64,000 nt of DNA from the human T2T-CHM13v2.0 reference genome, Homo sapiens. The notes under the pieces are model-generated. The model searched no databases. It was not told the origin of the DNA and saw nothing but the letters and a program-made list of their open reading frames with translations. The position numbers and the translations under genes are program-made. Where the stretch lies: the NCBI RefSeq assembly GCF_009914755.1, contig NC_060929.1; one strand, given 5' to 3'. Shown here in pieces: positions 1 to 15,865 of this stretch (position 1 is the stretch's first letter; each line of letters opens with the position of its first letter).

Positions 1-1880
1 ATTACAAACCACCATGTCACAAAGTAACACTACAGTTGGGCTGCTCAAAAAGACCTCTAGAACATTAAGACTATTACAGGATGAATGCCAGGGCCAGTTA
101 GATGGGAAGCCAAATGAATATTCAGATACAGTTAAGAAAATACTATTGGCTTTGGTGGCACCAGCTAAGTAAAATGGAGGCCAGCAGCCAAGAGGCCTCT
201 GGGTACTGAAGATGGTGTACCCCACCTTAGTGTTCTTTTGGTCATCATAATCAAAGTGGCCAACAAAGCCATCAACTTTGAAAGGCTTTGAAATAGCAGG
301 ACTGAGAAACCATTCAAAAAGTTGTGGCCCAGGCACTGCCTTTGCAACTTTCAGAGCCTGCTAGCCCATTGGAATTACAGAAGTCTGCAACTTGTGTGCA
401 TACTGATTGTCATCTGGGGCAACAGAAAACTGCCATTGGGCTGCCGTAGCACTTTATAAGTTTCCTGATATAGCCAACAGATATACTCCCTTTTTGAATG
501 GCAGCTCCTTGCTCACTATTGGGCATTGATAAAAAGAGAATGTTTTATGGCCAGAATGCCACATGTGATTGCTGCAATAGGAACTGCCTATTTTTATGTG
601 TTTGCCTACAAACCTCACCAGTAAAATTGGACAGGCTTGGCAGAGCCTACTTATCAAATGGAAAGCATACATTTAAGGTTGGCTTGAGCTAGAATTCCAG
701 GGAAGCAGTGGGCTCCATGAATAAATGGCTAGCTTTCTAGAATGCTAGAAAGTGACCCTCAGGAGATGCTTTGGCTCCTCCTTTGCCTACTGATGGTATG
801 GCATGATTCACTGATGCCCCTACAAAACTAAAAGCAGACAGGGTCCACAGGACTGCAGCCCCCATCTGGTGAGTGAATGGCCATATTTTTACTGAGGCTG
901 AACATGAACATTCTGCCCCAAGGGTCAAACTACATGCACCACTGATGGCCATGCAGGCCACCACTTACCAGCCTATCTTGCTACATTTTCACCAATGTAT
1001 GGGCCTTTATCTACAACCTAGCCATGTGGTCAAGAGAACAGCAACTGAGTGATTGGACTATCAATGGATCCCCTATATGGGGACAAGGGCTATGACAATA
1101 ACTTGCTGCCTGGAAAGGACAAATGTGTATCACTCATATGAATGCGAGGCCTACCATCTCCTCCCTGGAAGAGAGCTTGTGATCCGACTTGCAAAGCAAC
1201 TGAAGAAAGAGCATCAAGATGTCCTGCTAGTGGGGTGGTTCCCCATCTGACTAGAGTAGTATGGACACTAAACTCTGCACTATGATGTGAGGGAAACATG
1301 GCACTGCAGCACCCATTGAGAAACAATGGCCTTAGTCGGGGTAGAAGTAACCAGCCAGATGCTTGATTAGGCTACATCTGCAAATCCCAATCTCAGTGTT
1401 CCCAACCATTTCTTTCTTTTTTTCCTTTAGAGTACATGTCCTGGGGGGCAGTTTGCAGTTCAGGCCACCGTAATACCCCAGACAGGACCCCTAAGTCTTA
1501 TCTGAAAACAATGCCTCCCTTGGGTCACTGCTCTCTATGGGATCCCACAGGGTTATTGGATGGAACCAAGGAATACCAGAGTGCCAGGACTCTCTAGGGA
1601 CACTGGGGAAATCTAAAACCTTCAGTCAAGTGGGCAGCATTACCAAACGTGATGTTTGTACAGGATGTGACTTCCCTTCCTGAACTGGAGAGCTGTTTTA
1701 ATGTTCTGGCTCAAGCAAGAAGGACAATTAGTACCTGCAGTTGTCATCACCTGGGGACTGGGACAGACAAAATTGGATAATATGTCTACCCAGCCCAAAC
1801 CCTATCCATTAAGTAGAAACACCTAAAACCCCAAGAGGGGTGAAATGTAGGGCACTCATCTGTAAATCTGTTTTATTTTA
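1..1880 (+). mobile_element. Decayed class III (ERVL/HERV-S-like) endogenous retrovirus, pol remnant (RT connection, RNase H, probable IN end)
   Basis: Frameshifted translation near 465-540 gives PDIANRYTPF/EWQLLAHYWALIK (ERVL-type YSPFEKQLLACYWAL). KWKAYI occurs at about 656 and A*FTD (RNase H WFTDG) at about 800. Many stops. The element runs off the left edge. Confidence 0.7.
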
Positions 1881-3191
1881 CAAGGATGTGGCAGCAGAGG
1901 CCTGGAAGCACAACACTTTCATTAGGCTCTCCCAGGCAGCAGCCACCTTGGGTAGCCTGACTAAGGGTTAGACCTTACTCTGTTACAGACAACAGCAACT
2001 TCTCATCCTGTCAGTGGTAAACTACACACACATTCCTAATGCCACAGCGCACGCTTCAATGTGGATTTGGCACCCACCACATGGAAGAGAATCAGAGGTG
2101 CTCTGTTTTAACTTAACTGACTCAATGCCAAAATGTCACAGCTATAACTGAGAAAACTTTGGTAGGCTTGCACTTTGACACTTTATGCTCATTTGATCAC
2201 CTGAACAAGAAGTGTCCCAGTGGTGAAAATGAAAACAAGGACTGAACTGTTGTTAGCCCTCTGTGTAGGGGCTTAATGGACAATATTTTAAGAAAACCAA
2301 GTTCATGTAACTAACTCAAGACTTGGCTGGCGAATTCCAATGCCTTCGTACCCATGAATGTGTCACTGAACAATAAAGTGAGAGAAGGGTTGCTCTGTAC
2401 ACCTGAAAGTTACATCTTTCTCTGCAGGTGGTTCAGTGGTTCATTGGTGACTCAAATATAGGATGAGCAATGTCATGCCTGATGGATGGTGGGATCCTGC
2501 ATGCTGGAAGTGCTCCTGGATATCACCCCTGGAAATGAGATGCACCACTGGCCTGGCAGGCTTACTAACTGGCTCTGGGTTCATGCCCTTTGTGAGCTCT
2601 TTGATACCAGATACAGGAGTCCGTGCTCATGAAAAAATTATACAAAACCTATTTCTGACCATAGTAAATATTGCTTCTTCCACAGCCACTGCCTTGCCAG
2701 CCTAACAGACATCCCCAACTTCCTTGGGAAGATTGTTTTAGGCAACAGAATGGATCTAGATCTATTTAGCCCAACTTGGAAGAGTATATGAAATTGCCAA
2801 CACCTTCTGCTGTACCTAGATAAACTTCAGTTATTGTAGAAGCACAAGTAGAGGAGGTACAGAGGCAGGTACACTGGCTGCAGACAGTGGGACCACTGGA
2901 AGGATCTTTTTTTGACAACTTTAGTAACCTCTTACCTGGATCACTGGGATCCTGTGTTAGGTCACTGCTCTGGGCAGGCCTGAGCACCTTGCTTATGGAT
3001 AGTCAAATGTACTCCTGGGCCTAGTGAAATGTATACTGCCGATGGCTCAATGATGTTGCAAAGAGATTATGTCAGTGCAGGTGTTACATCAATCTGACAA
3101 GACCAATCTTCAACTCCAAATCTGGGGAAGTCATTGGGCATAGGAAATGGAAGAACTTTGCTAAGGGGGGCCATCTGGATCAGTGGTAAAC
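1881..3191 (+). pseudogene. Degraded retroviral env (TM with immunosuppressive domain and CX6CC relic) plus polypurine tract
   Basis: About 2735-2825 translates, with one frameshift, to VLGNRMDLDLF..AQLGRVYEIANTFCCT*IN. This matches the ISD (LQNRxxLD) and a CX6CC with the first Cys changed to Tyr. A hydrophobic stretch follows at about 2960-3030, and a purine-rich gctaagggggg precedes the LTR. Confidence 0.7.
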
Positions 3192-3298
3192 TGCAGAACA
3201 GTTCTCTGGGTGACCTTGGACTCACGCAGTTTCTCACCCTTTCCTGTTTGTAGTTCTTAAGTACAACTGTAGAATGTTCTGAGGATGTAACATCTTAA

Positions 3299-3961
3299 TG
3301 AGAGGTGAGGCCAGCTGGACTTCCTGGGTCAAGTGGGGACTTGGAGAACTTTTCTGTCTAGCTAGAAGACTGTAAATGCACCAATCAGTGCTCTGTATCT
3401 AGCTAAAGGATTGTAAATGCACCAATCAGCACTCTATAAAAACACACCAATCAGCGCTCTGTGTCTCGCTATAGGATTGTAAATGCACCAATCAGCACTC
3501 TGTAAAAATGCACCAATCAGTGCTCTATGTCTAGCTAAACGACTGTAAACACACCAATCAGCACTCTGTAAAATAGACCAATCAGCGCTCTGTAAAATGG
3601 ACCAATCAGCAGGACATGGGCAGGGACAAATAAGGAAATAACAGCTGGCCACACCAGCCAGCAGCAGCAACCCGCTTAAGTCCCCTTTCCTGCTTTGAAA
3701 GGTTTGTTCTTTCCCTCTTCACAATAAATCTTGCTGCTGCTCACTCTTTGGGTCTGCACCAACTTTAAGAGCTGTTAACAGTCACCACGAGGGTCTGCAG
3801 TTTCATTCCTGAAGTCAGCGAGATCACGAACCCACTGGGAGGAACAAATAACTCTGGACGCACCACCTTTAAGAGCTGTAACACTCACCGTGAGGTCCAC
3901 AGCTTCATTCTTGAAGTCAGGGAGACCAAGAATCCACCAGAAGGATTAAATTCTGGACACA
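3299..3961 (+). mobile_element. LTR12 (HERV9) solo LTR
   Basis: Starts tgagaggtgaggccagctggacttcctgggtc and ends ttctggacaca. Contains tandem caccaatcagcactctg units and AATAAA at about 3724. Near-TSD of 4 bp, ttaa/ctaa. Confidence 0.92.
3379..3610 (+). promoter_or_regulatory. Eight CCAAT (NF-Y) boxes in LTR12 U3
   Basis: CCAAT at 3381, 3422, 3447, 3488, 3513, 3554, 3578 and 3602. NF-Y binding to LTR12 is established. Confidence 0.75.
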
Positions 3962-5155
3962 CTAAGATAGGGAGAAACTTACTAGAACAGCCAGGGCTCT
4001 GTTCCAGTTCCTCCTAGGAACAAGTTGCTCTTCAATGTTTTAGTCCAGTGGGTCATGTTTTCCTTCCCCTGGTATAAAACCTAGGGTGGGATGATTTCCA
4101 GGGTCCTGTAGCTGCAGTGCAAGTGCAGTACATTCAAACAAGACTCCATCCAACCTGGGCAGCTTTCCTGAGCCTTGGGGGACTGGCATGCCCTGAATCC
4201 TAGGCTTTTATTGTCACTTGTTGCCTCTCAGTTAGATAATAAATCTGCCTCATGTAACTTGTTTTGTGTGTGGGTGTTCTGTCTCACCAAATCAGACAAG
4301 TTAGTAACCAGTACACAGTGGACCTGCTTCACAGATGGATATCTATTTGAGCAATACTATGAATTCACAGAGCTAGTGGGAGTTTGGAGATGCAGGCTTA
4401 GAAAACAAAGATGTAAGTTAGGTCAAACAGCTTTGGAACAGAAAACACAGTCTGTTTCTTCCTAAGAGGAAAAGTTTGGGCATCATTGCTGTAGTTGATG
4501 TAGTGAATGACTCCTAAAAGTATCCTACCACATCTTTGCATCCTTTGATCAAGATTAAAAATTGCAAACAGGACTATCTAATTAACTAAACTAATTCACA
4601 TTTTTGAGCCCTGGCTCTGTCAAATTGAAGTAAGAGAGGATCTGATCCTTTTAGCTTCCAGACTAGAATGTGGAGTACAATCTCTCACTAAAACTATATG
4701 AAATGCAGAATTGCTCCTCTATAGGAGGAAGGGAGTGAATACTATACAAAATTTTAAGCAAATATTTATTCTACCTAGCCATTACAGTAAAAAAAATTTC
4801 TCCACTCTACATGTATATCATTTTATACTAATCTTCGGAAGTCATGTTACTTTTTAAATTTAATTTGCTGTAATTTTTAAATGGCTAAAATACAAATCCC
4901 ACAAGAAGACAAATTTGTCTGTCTTGTTCAATGTTTTATTTCTATCACCTAGACCGGATATTGGTAATATGCACACAGATAATCAAAAAACATTTGTTGA
5001 ATAGATCGAATGACAAAAGAACACTAATATGTAAAAAATACTCCTCCAATTTATTTGCCCCATCCAATCCCTATGAATTACTTCTGCCACAACCTTGTGT
5101 CCTGTTTGCAACCTCAAATAATCATTATCACATAGAAGCCTTGACTAAAGGGAAG

Positions 5156-6604
5156 ATGGAGAGCTTTCAGTCTATGTTTTACATATTTAGCAGTTTTATC
5201 CCTACATATCCTTGTAGAAAGTGAATCTTTGACCTACTTTAATAGGCAGAGTGCAGTGTTCTGGAGTTAATAATGAACTTGTGGTGATGATAAATCAAGT
5301 GTGAAACAGCTATTTCCCACTGGTCCCTTTGAAAGTGTTTCAAGCTTCTAAAAGACATTTTGTAAACACCAGTGGAATATGAATGAAAAATGTAAACTGG
5401 ACTTATTGAAGAGCTTTTGTACTGAAAAGTTTCTAATGTAATTCAGAAGAAGGAGTTAAAGAAAACAATAAAGTTTTGAAAAGATTGATGATAAGTATTA
5501 TGACAAAATGTCTGAAAAGGTATTCAATGTAGTTTATTCATTTATGCCCATGAGTGGGTGTGGGAGAGATAATTAGATGTCAAGATTTATGGTCAATAAT
5601 TCTGGATGATACTTTTTGTCTGAAATCTTTTTGTTCTCTAAAACCCAGTCAGTTCCAGGTTCATATATGTAGGAAGGTTTCCCTGAACTTTCAAGATTAT
5701 ACTCTACTTTATTTTACAATGTAGCACTTTTTTTTACATTTGGCTTCTTTATCTATATTTCCCTACTCAAACATTATTCTTCCAAGTGTAAAACTACATC
5801 TTACTGGTCCTTGTACCCCAAGCATTGAGTTCAACAATATGCAGCACATAGAGCTCAATGCAGTTTCCCTGAAACATTAAGTAGTCTAGGGTGAATCCAG
5901 TCATTTAATTTTGCTGAAAATGAATAATAAATCCAATGTATGGGTTATATTAAGAAGAATGGCATGTTAAAATAACAAAAAAATTTCAATTTGTAAATTC
6001 AGAATCAAACCATGTTTTATTTGGTAAGTAATATATATTCTCAACATTTTTTAAAATAAGCAATATACAATATTTTCTGAATATGAGAAGAAAGTTTAGA
6101 GGTAATAATGTAGTTATTACCCCTCCTCTCTTAAAGAGTTAATAGAAAAGGAGAGCCAATATATGTAGTCAGGCAACAAGAAAAAATGGAAGGTAGGGAG
6201 AGAATCAAAAGTACTGAAAAGATAAAATTTTACAGCTTTGCCAGTCTGACAGATGACTCAGGAAAAAAAAAAAAGGAATAAAGACTGAAAATCCCAGTGA
6301 CACCTTGTTTATGCCAATGGCTGTTTTAGGCCTATTTTAATAGAGCTTTCAGAATTCCCCAGACAACAAACTCTGTTCCTCTCAAGGTTCCTGTGTTTTT
6401 CAGAGGCCTTTGGGCATCCAGTAATTTCTTTAAAGAGTTTGGTCATCAGCAACTCCCAAACATCATAAGGAAAAAGCATCATGGAGAGCTTTCTATCTGC
6501 GTTTTACCTATTTAGCAGTTTTATCTCTACATAGCCTCAAAAGTGAATATTTGACCTACTTTCTCTGATAGGCAGGGTGCAGTCTTCTGGGGTTAAAAAT
6601 GAAC
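5156..6604 (+). repeat. Dispersed direct repeat pair of about 123 bp (5156-5278 and 6481-6604)
   Basis: Both copies run atggagagctttc...tttagcagttttat...gtgaat.tttgacctacttt...ataggcag.gtgcagt.ttctgg.gttaa.aatgaac. By hand, about 15 mismatches plus 2 gaps. Confidence 0.9.
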
Positions 6605-6935
6605 CTTTTCTAACAGTAAGAACTGAACGAATTAATAAGTCAAATTGTTATTATTTATACCTATATGCCATATATGTATATATAATATATACATATATAA
6701 TATAAAAATCCAATTATATTTATATATATACATACATGGCATATATGTATATATAAAAATATATATTTAATTTCATATATACATATATGCCATGTATGTA
6801 TATATAAAAATAATTGGATTTATTATTCATTTATTCCACTACATATGTTGACTCTCCTGTTCTATTAACTCTTTAAGAGAGGAGGGCTAATAACTACGTT
6901 ATTATCTCTAAACTTTCTTCTCATATTCAGAAAAT
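6072..6935. repeat. 98-bp inverted repeat pair (6072-6169 and 6838-6935)
   Basis: Reverse-complement alignment is ungapped with 6 mismatches in 98 bp. Confidence 0.92.
6706..6821. repeat. AT-rich near-perfect palindrome (arms about 47 bp, loop about 20 nt)
   Basis: Arms aaatccaattat...catacatggcatatatgtatatat and atatatacatatatgccatgtatg...ataattggattt. Confidence 0.85.
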
Positions 6936-7282
6936 GAAATATATACAGCCTTTACCAACTGAAAGGACTAGAAAAACGTATCTTTCATCTTCATGAATAT
7001 TAGCATTAGCCACATTAGGACCCTTTTGCAGCTGAGGAAGAAGAGAAGAGTATTTTGCTAGATGCCATAAAAGAAACATTATTTTTAAGTTCTCACTTCT
7101 TTTTGAGGGACACTTGCTTGAAAATTAAGGCAATCGATCTTTTTTTCTCAAAAACTCAATGGGAAAGTAAAGCTTGTATAGGGAAAAAAAAAATTGGCTT
7201 GGTCCTTATAAACATTCAGTGTGCCACAAACATTCATCATAATGTTAAACCATTGAATTACTCTTTAAATAATATATAACAT

Positions 7283-7574
7283 TGATGATGATGATGATGA
7301 TGATAATGATGATGATGATTAAACATGATCTCACTCAGTTGTCCAGACTGGAGTGCAGTGTCACTATCTTGGCCCACTGTAACCTCTGCCTACCAAGCTC
7401 AAGTGATCCTCCCACTTCAGCCTCCTGAGTAGCTGGGACTACAGGTGTGTGCCACCATACCTGGCTAATTTTTGTATTTTTTATTTTCGCCATATTGCCC
7501 AGGCTGGTCTTGAACTCCTGGGCTCCAGGCTCCCAAAGTGCTAGGATTACAGACATGAGCCACCACGCCCAGCC
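7283..7574 (-). mobile_element. AluJ-like SINE with (GAT)n microsatellite at its tail
   Basis: Antisense Alu at about 7321-7574 with a small internal deletion. (TGA)n at 7283-7319. Confidence 0.85.
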
Positions 7575-7689
7575 TTATTATTTTTAATAGAGAAAATAAA
7601 TGTAAAGAAGACAAAAACATAATTTAAAAAGCTTATTTTATACAACTTTTAGATATAATCTTTGCTAAATGCTTAGAAAAATATTTTTC

Positions 7690-10576
<2,887 letters not shown>

Positions 10577-10772
10577 TAGTCCTTGTAGTGAGGACAACAA
10601 AGTGTAGCATTCCCTAGCACTCTGTGATGGATATGAGGCATGAGAAAGAACTAGACTATTGTTTCAATGTACTGAGATTTTGAGGTTGTTGATTTCCAAT
10701 TATAATCTGGCCTATTTTGATAGATATGGAAGTTAGATTAATTATTCTTTATTTATTTTATTATTTAAAAAA

Positions 10773-11054
10773 TTTTTTTGAGGCAGGGTCTCACTCTGTC
10801 ATCCAGGCTAGAGAGCACTGGCCCAATCATAGCTCACTGTAGTCTCCAACTCCTGGGCTCAAGTGATCCTCCTACCTCAACCTCTTGAGTATCTGGGACT
10901 ACCAGTGTGCCCACCACATCCAGCTAATTTAAAATATGGATATTGGATCTCACTATGTTGTCCAGGTCGGTCTTAATCTCCTGGCCTCAAGCCATCTTCC
11001 CACCTTAGCCTCCCAAAGTGCTGTGATTTCAGGCATGAGCCACCGCATCCAGCC
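10773..11054 (-). mobile_element. AluJ
   Basis: Antisense Alu with J-type ctcctgggctcaagtgatcctcc. Confidence 0.88.
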
Positions 11055-11719
11055 TTATTCTTTATTTTACAGTATTCATATTTATATTTTATTATTTTAT
11101 GTTTCCTCTTTCTCTTCTTTAACTTAAAATATCTATGTATGTTAGTTTATATTAATCTACTTTATTCTTTTTAATGGATGTATAATATTTTATTGAATTA
11201 ATGTAACATGATTGATATGTCAAATTGGTGGAAAGAATATTAAATGTAGCAGAGGATAACTTTATATAAATCAAAGCTTCCATAAACAACAAAAGTGTTT
11301 GAATATAGTAGAAATAATGAATATGGTGGATTTAGAAACAAGCCTAGGATAAAAATAAGATTAAAGAGGAACAGGTAAAATATGTAAGATGTTTGCTGCA
11401 AAAAGTAAACTGTTAAGAAAGAGACTCACAGAAGCATGAGAAGAGCTGCTAACCGCTGTATAAACATCATGAGGTAAGCTGGTTTTTGATATTTGTGTTT
11501 ATTGTAGGAAAGAGAATAGCACCTGACACATTCACCTATTTGGGGTTTAATACATACTTGTGAAGTAATGCTAATAAAAATAAAAATCACTCCTAACACT
11601 TATTAGAAATTTTTATTTGTTCAACTCCATGTTCTGTGCAAAGTGCTTAAAGTAATCCCTGGAAAGGCCTCTTCAGTAAGTTTTCATTTGCTATATTCAT
11701 TTAGTGAACTATTTCTAGA

Positions 11720-12503
11720 TTCCCCTTTTTTTCACAACCACTTGTAATCCATCAGTAAGTTCTGTGTTCACTACTTTCAAGATATATCTGAAATCTGACC
11801 ACTTTTCATCACTGTCACAGCTCCCTTCTAGTCCAAACCATCTTCTTTTTTAGACAAGCCTAATATAATAACCTTCTAACTAATTTCCTTGCTCCCACAT
11901 TTGCCTCCCTGCAGTTACTTTTCATCTAGCAACAAAATAATGTTTTCATCATGTAAATCTAATCATGTCATTCCTCTTACTCAAAGCCCTCCAAGAAGAC
12001 AGTAATCTAAAGCCCTCATCATGGTTTACAAGAACATCTATTTCCCCAATGCTGTCTCCTGCTATTCTTCACCCAGCTCACTGGGCTCCAGGCACACTGG
12101 CTTCTTTATTTTCAATCAAATGCCCAAGTTCATTCCTCCTTAAAACTCCTTCACCCTCTGTCTATCCTATACCTTGAAAGATCCTCTCCCAGAAGTTCAT
12201 ACAGCAATTTCCTCACTTCATCAAATCCTCAGGCAAAGGCCATTTCCTAAGAGCAACTTTCTCTGACTTCCCTGTCCAAAATACCCTTACCATATAACCA
12301 CTTACAATGCTGTAGTTTGCTTCCTATAATTAATCATTACTATATATTAGTAATACTTTTACTTTTTTGTTTACTGTTCATCTGACCTATTGTAATGTAC
12401 ATTTCATGAATATAGGAACTTCATCTGCTCTGTTCTGTATCTCGAGCACCTAACAGAACTATTTGATACCTGGGGGCTTCAACAAGTATTCATGAAATAA
12501 ATA
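11720..12503 (+). mobile_element. L2 3' fragment
   Basis: L2-type aatctaatcatgtcattcctcttactcaaagccctcc and a decayed L2 tail. Confidence 0.7.
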
Positions 12504-13149
12504 TCAAAAAAGAACGCTTTGTTTAAGGGTGTCAGTTTTTGTTTTTAAGCTTGAGCTATTATGAATTACCTTTTTTGTTAAGTGCTCTGTGTTCTAAATT
12601 GTCAGGGTTTAACAGAAACCCAGTTAAAGGCTGGGGAGTTTTGTATATTATATAATCTGGATTTGTTAAGATTTTTGTTGGGATTAATAGTATTGATGCA
12701 ACTGCTTAAGTCATAAAAGCTCAACTTAGCTTATGTTGGCAATTGAGGGTGGTCATAAGTAAGATGTTTTCTCTCCTGAATGTATCAACCCTTTACAAAC
12801 CAAGAAGCAGAGTCCAGGACAAGGGACCCCATTGAATAGCTTGCCTATTCCATCAGCTTTAGAGATACATCAATTCTGTCACTCTCTGCTTTGCACACTT
12901 TCCAATTAACCGGTTATTTCTAGAGAAAGGGTAACTTCTATGCAATTTGAAATTTCAGTTCAAAAATACCAGAAAGGGTTTTACCACATGATCCTATTTA
13001 ATTATTGCAATCACTTAACAGGTTAAGTTTTTTTTTCGATAATTGAATTTGACTAATTTAATTACAATCCATATGACAATACATGTTTGCATTGTATAAG
13101 TTAAGACACTGACTCCTCTCTCTAGCTCCAGAGTTTGTTCTCCCACACA

Positions 13150-13310
13150 GTCACTGCATTCAAATGCTAGGTCAAATACTTCCTAGCTATGTGACCTTAA
13201 ATGGGTTGCTTAACCTTTTAAGGTATTATCTTTATTTAACATAAAATAGAAATAATAATAGTATTCATGTGATAGAGTTATGGTATGATTGAACAAATGA
13301 ATGCTCCTGT
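13150..13310 (+). mobile_element. MIR
   Basis: Core tagctatgtgaccttaaatgggttgcttaacct. Confidence 0.55.
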
Positions 13311-13574
13311 AAGCTACCTATCCAATCAACAAGAGTAGCAGGGATTCTTAGTGGGAGGTAAACATCAGAATTGTCTGAAGACAACTGTCATAGCCCCAGC
13401 TGAGCATTTTTGCACTAAATTCTAGAATATAATATAGAGCAGTTGTTTCTTTGCGATCATTTGAAAGGAGCTTAAATTACTAAAATAGCAGTAGCCTCTC
13501 ATTATTATTAGAATCCTCTCATAACTATTCACCATGCTTCCTTTGCAATTTGCCTTTACTGGATTAAATATTTA

Positions 13575-13879
<305 letters not shown>

Positions 13880-14042
13880 TTAAAGAATATGTTTACGGTA
13901 TAACTCTGAAGTTATATTTTACAGATGAATGCTCAGTGGTTAGTATCACTAATGCTAGAATCACAGTAAACTAAATTCAAATCTCAACTCACACTCTTCA
14001 TAGTTGTATGACCTTGAATAAGGTAATAGTAAGGTTTAGCTA

Positions 14043-14128
14043 ATATATTATATTATATTATATTATATTATATTATATTGTATTGTATTGTATTATATTA
14101 TATTATATTATATTATATTATATATTAT
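14043..14128. repeat. (TATAT)n / (TATTG)n microsatellite
   Basis: Seen directly. Confidence 0.9.
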
Positions 14129-14214
14129 AGCTAGATTATCAAGCTAGCTGACTTTCCAGTTATATATGACTAGGGGCACAAACCCTCTGGACTGATTAAC
14201 CTCAGAATAACAGT

Positions 14215-14440
14215 AACTGTGGAGGTTAATATCTGCTGAGCACATGATATAGGTCTCGCATTCTGCTAAGCACTCTGCCTGGATTACATCATCTAATCAA
14301 CACAGGTGACCTATAACATTGGTATTACTATTTATATCTCTTTTTACAGATAATAAAAATAAAGTAAAATATTTTGTTTATGTTCTGTAAGTTAGCAAGT
14401 GATCAAGCTCTTAATTAAATCTATATCACTCTGACATCAC
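14215..14440 (-). mobile_element. MIR
   Basis: tgctaagcactctg...tttttacagataataaaa antisense MIR pattern. Confidence 0.55.
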
Positions 14441-14753
14441 CGCTGTTGTCAATCCAGTGTTGAGTGCTTTCCAGTGTTTTTAAGTAGCGTATACTTTTCT
14501 AAATGAGATCTCTTGAAAAACCCAATAAATAAAGCAGAGAAAAGTAGAACTTCCATAGCTTAAGAAAAAATGAGGGGGCCATAAATCCAACTCTCTTTGA
14601 CTCATTGCCTCCTTGAGGTGGACCCTCCGTGAACCAAGAGTATTCTGAGGTACATATTGAAAATTATTTATCTAAGGCAACCCTTAACTCTCTAGAGTAG
14701 TCCTCATCTCTAGCACATAGTGTGATTTATATTTAACCGTTTATTTATTATAA

Positions 14754-15044
<291 letters not shown>

Positions 15045-15179
15045 ATTTAATTAATTTTTAATTGTTATTAAATTATGGATTTTAATTAAATTGGTTAAAT
15101 TCAATTATCGAAAGAAAATTTTATTAGATTAGAAATTTTAATTTAAAACTAATTTAATTTTTATTAAAATTACAAATAA

Positions 15180-15296
15180 TAAAATATGTAGTTCCTCAGT
15201 CCCACTGTCTCTATTTTGAATGTCGAATGGAATCTATATCAGATAGCACAGATATAGAACATTTTCATCATAACAAAGTTTTATTGGACAGTGCTT
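15180..15296 (-). mobile_element. MER3/MER33 (hAT-Charlie) fragment
   Basis: gatatagaacattttcatcataacaaagttttattggacagtgct is the antisense MER3 end. Confidence 0.65.
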
Positions 15297-15309
15297 ATTT
15301 AGACTAGAT

Positions 15310-15865
15310 CCCCACTAACACTTCCGTTACAATTAGAATAAAACCCATCCTCCTTACTGTAGCATTCCTGGGCTGATATGTTCTGGCCCTTGCCTACTTC
15401 TTTGACTTTACTTCATAGCAATCTCTGTTATTCACTATGTTTTAGACACAGTGGCTTTCCTATGTCCCTCTGATACACAAAACTTTGTTGAGACCTTTGC
15501 ATTTGTTTATATCTGCCCATTACATCCTTTCCCTAGGTAATCCCACGTGGCTGCCTTCCTCTAATCTTTCAGATACTAGCTCAAATATTGTCTTCTCAAA
15601 GATCCCTTTTTCAATTAGTCCATCTAAATTAACCCTTCCATCTCATCCTTTTCAATTCCATTACCCTACTGTATTTTCTTACAACATTTGCCACATTTGG
15701 AGTTCTGTTGTCTGTGTTCTCATATGTTTAGTGGTTTTATTCTTTCATTCTTGTATGTAAACCCTAGGTATTCAGGGAACTTGAATGTCCTGTTTACAGG
15801 AGACTCTAAGCTCAATGACTAACTGTACTAGTTACTCAATAGCCATTAGTTGAATGAATACATGA
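15310..15865 (+). mobile_element. L2 3' fragment
   Basis: L2 body ending tactcaatagccattagttgaatgaat. Confidence 0.65.

Larger units (their letters stand above)
3192..4333 (+). mobile_element. 3' LTR of the ERV (MER54/MER73/MER74-like ERVL LTR), interrupted by LTR12
   Basis: Has TG...CA ends (tgcagaacagttctctgggtgaccttgg ... cctgcttcaca), TATAAAA at about 4074 and AATAAA at 4238. The host sequence rejoins across the LTR12. Confidence 0.7.

Noticed and set aside
3361-3610. CRISPR-like repeat array
   Set aside because: These are the standard LTR12 U3 tandem CCAAT units in eukaryotic DNA, with no unique spacers.
6072-6935. DNA transposon with 98-bp TIRs
   Set aside because: No TSD, no known terminal motif and no transposase relic. 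Kept only as an inverted duplication.
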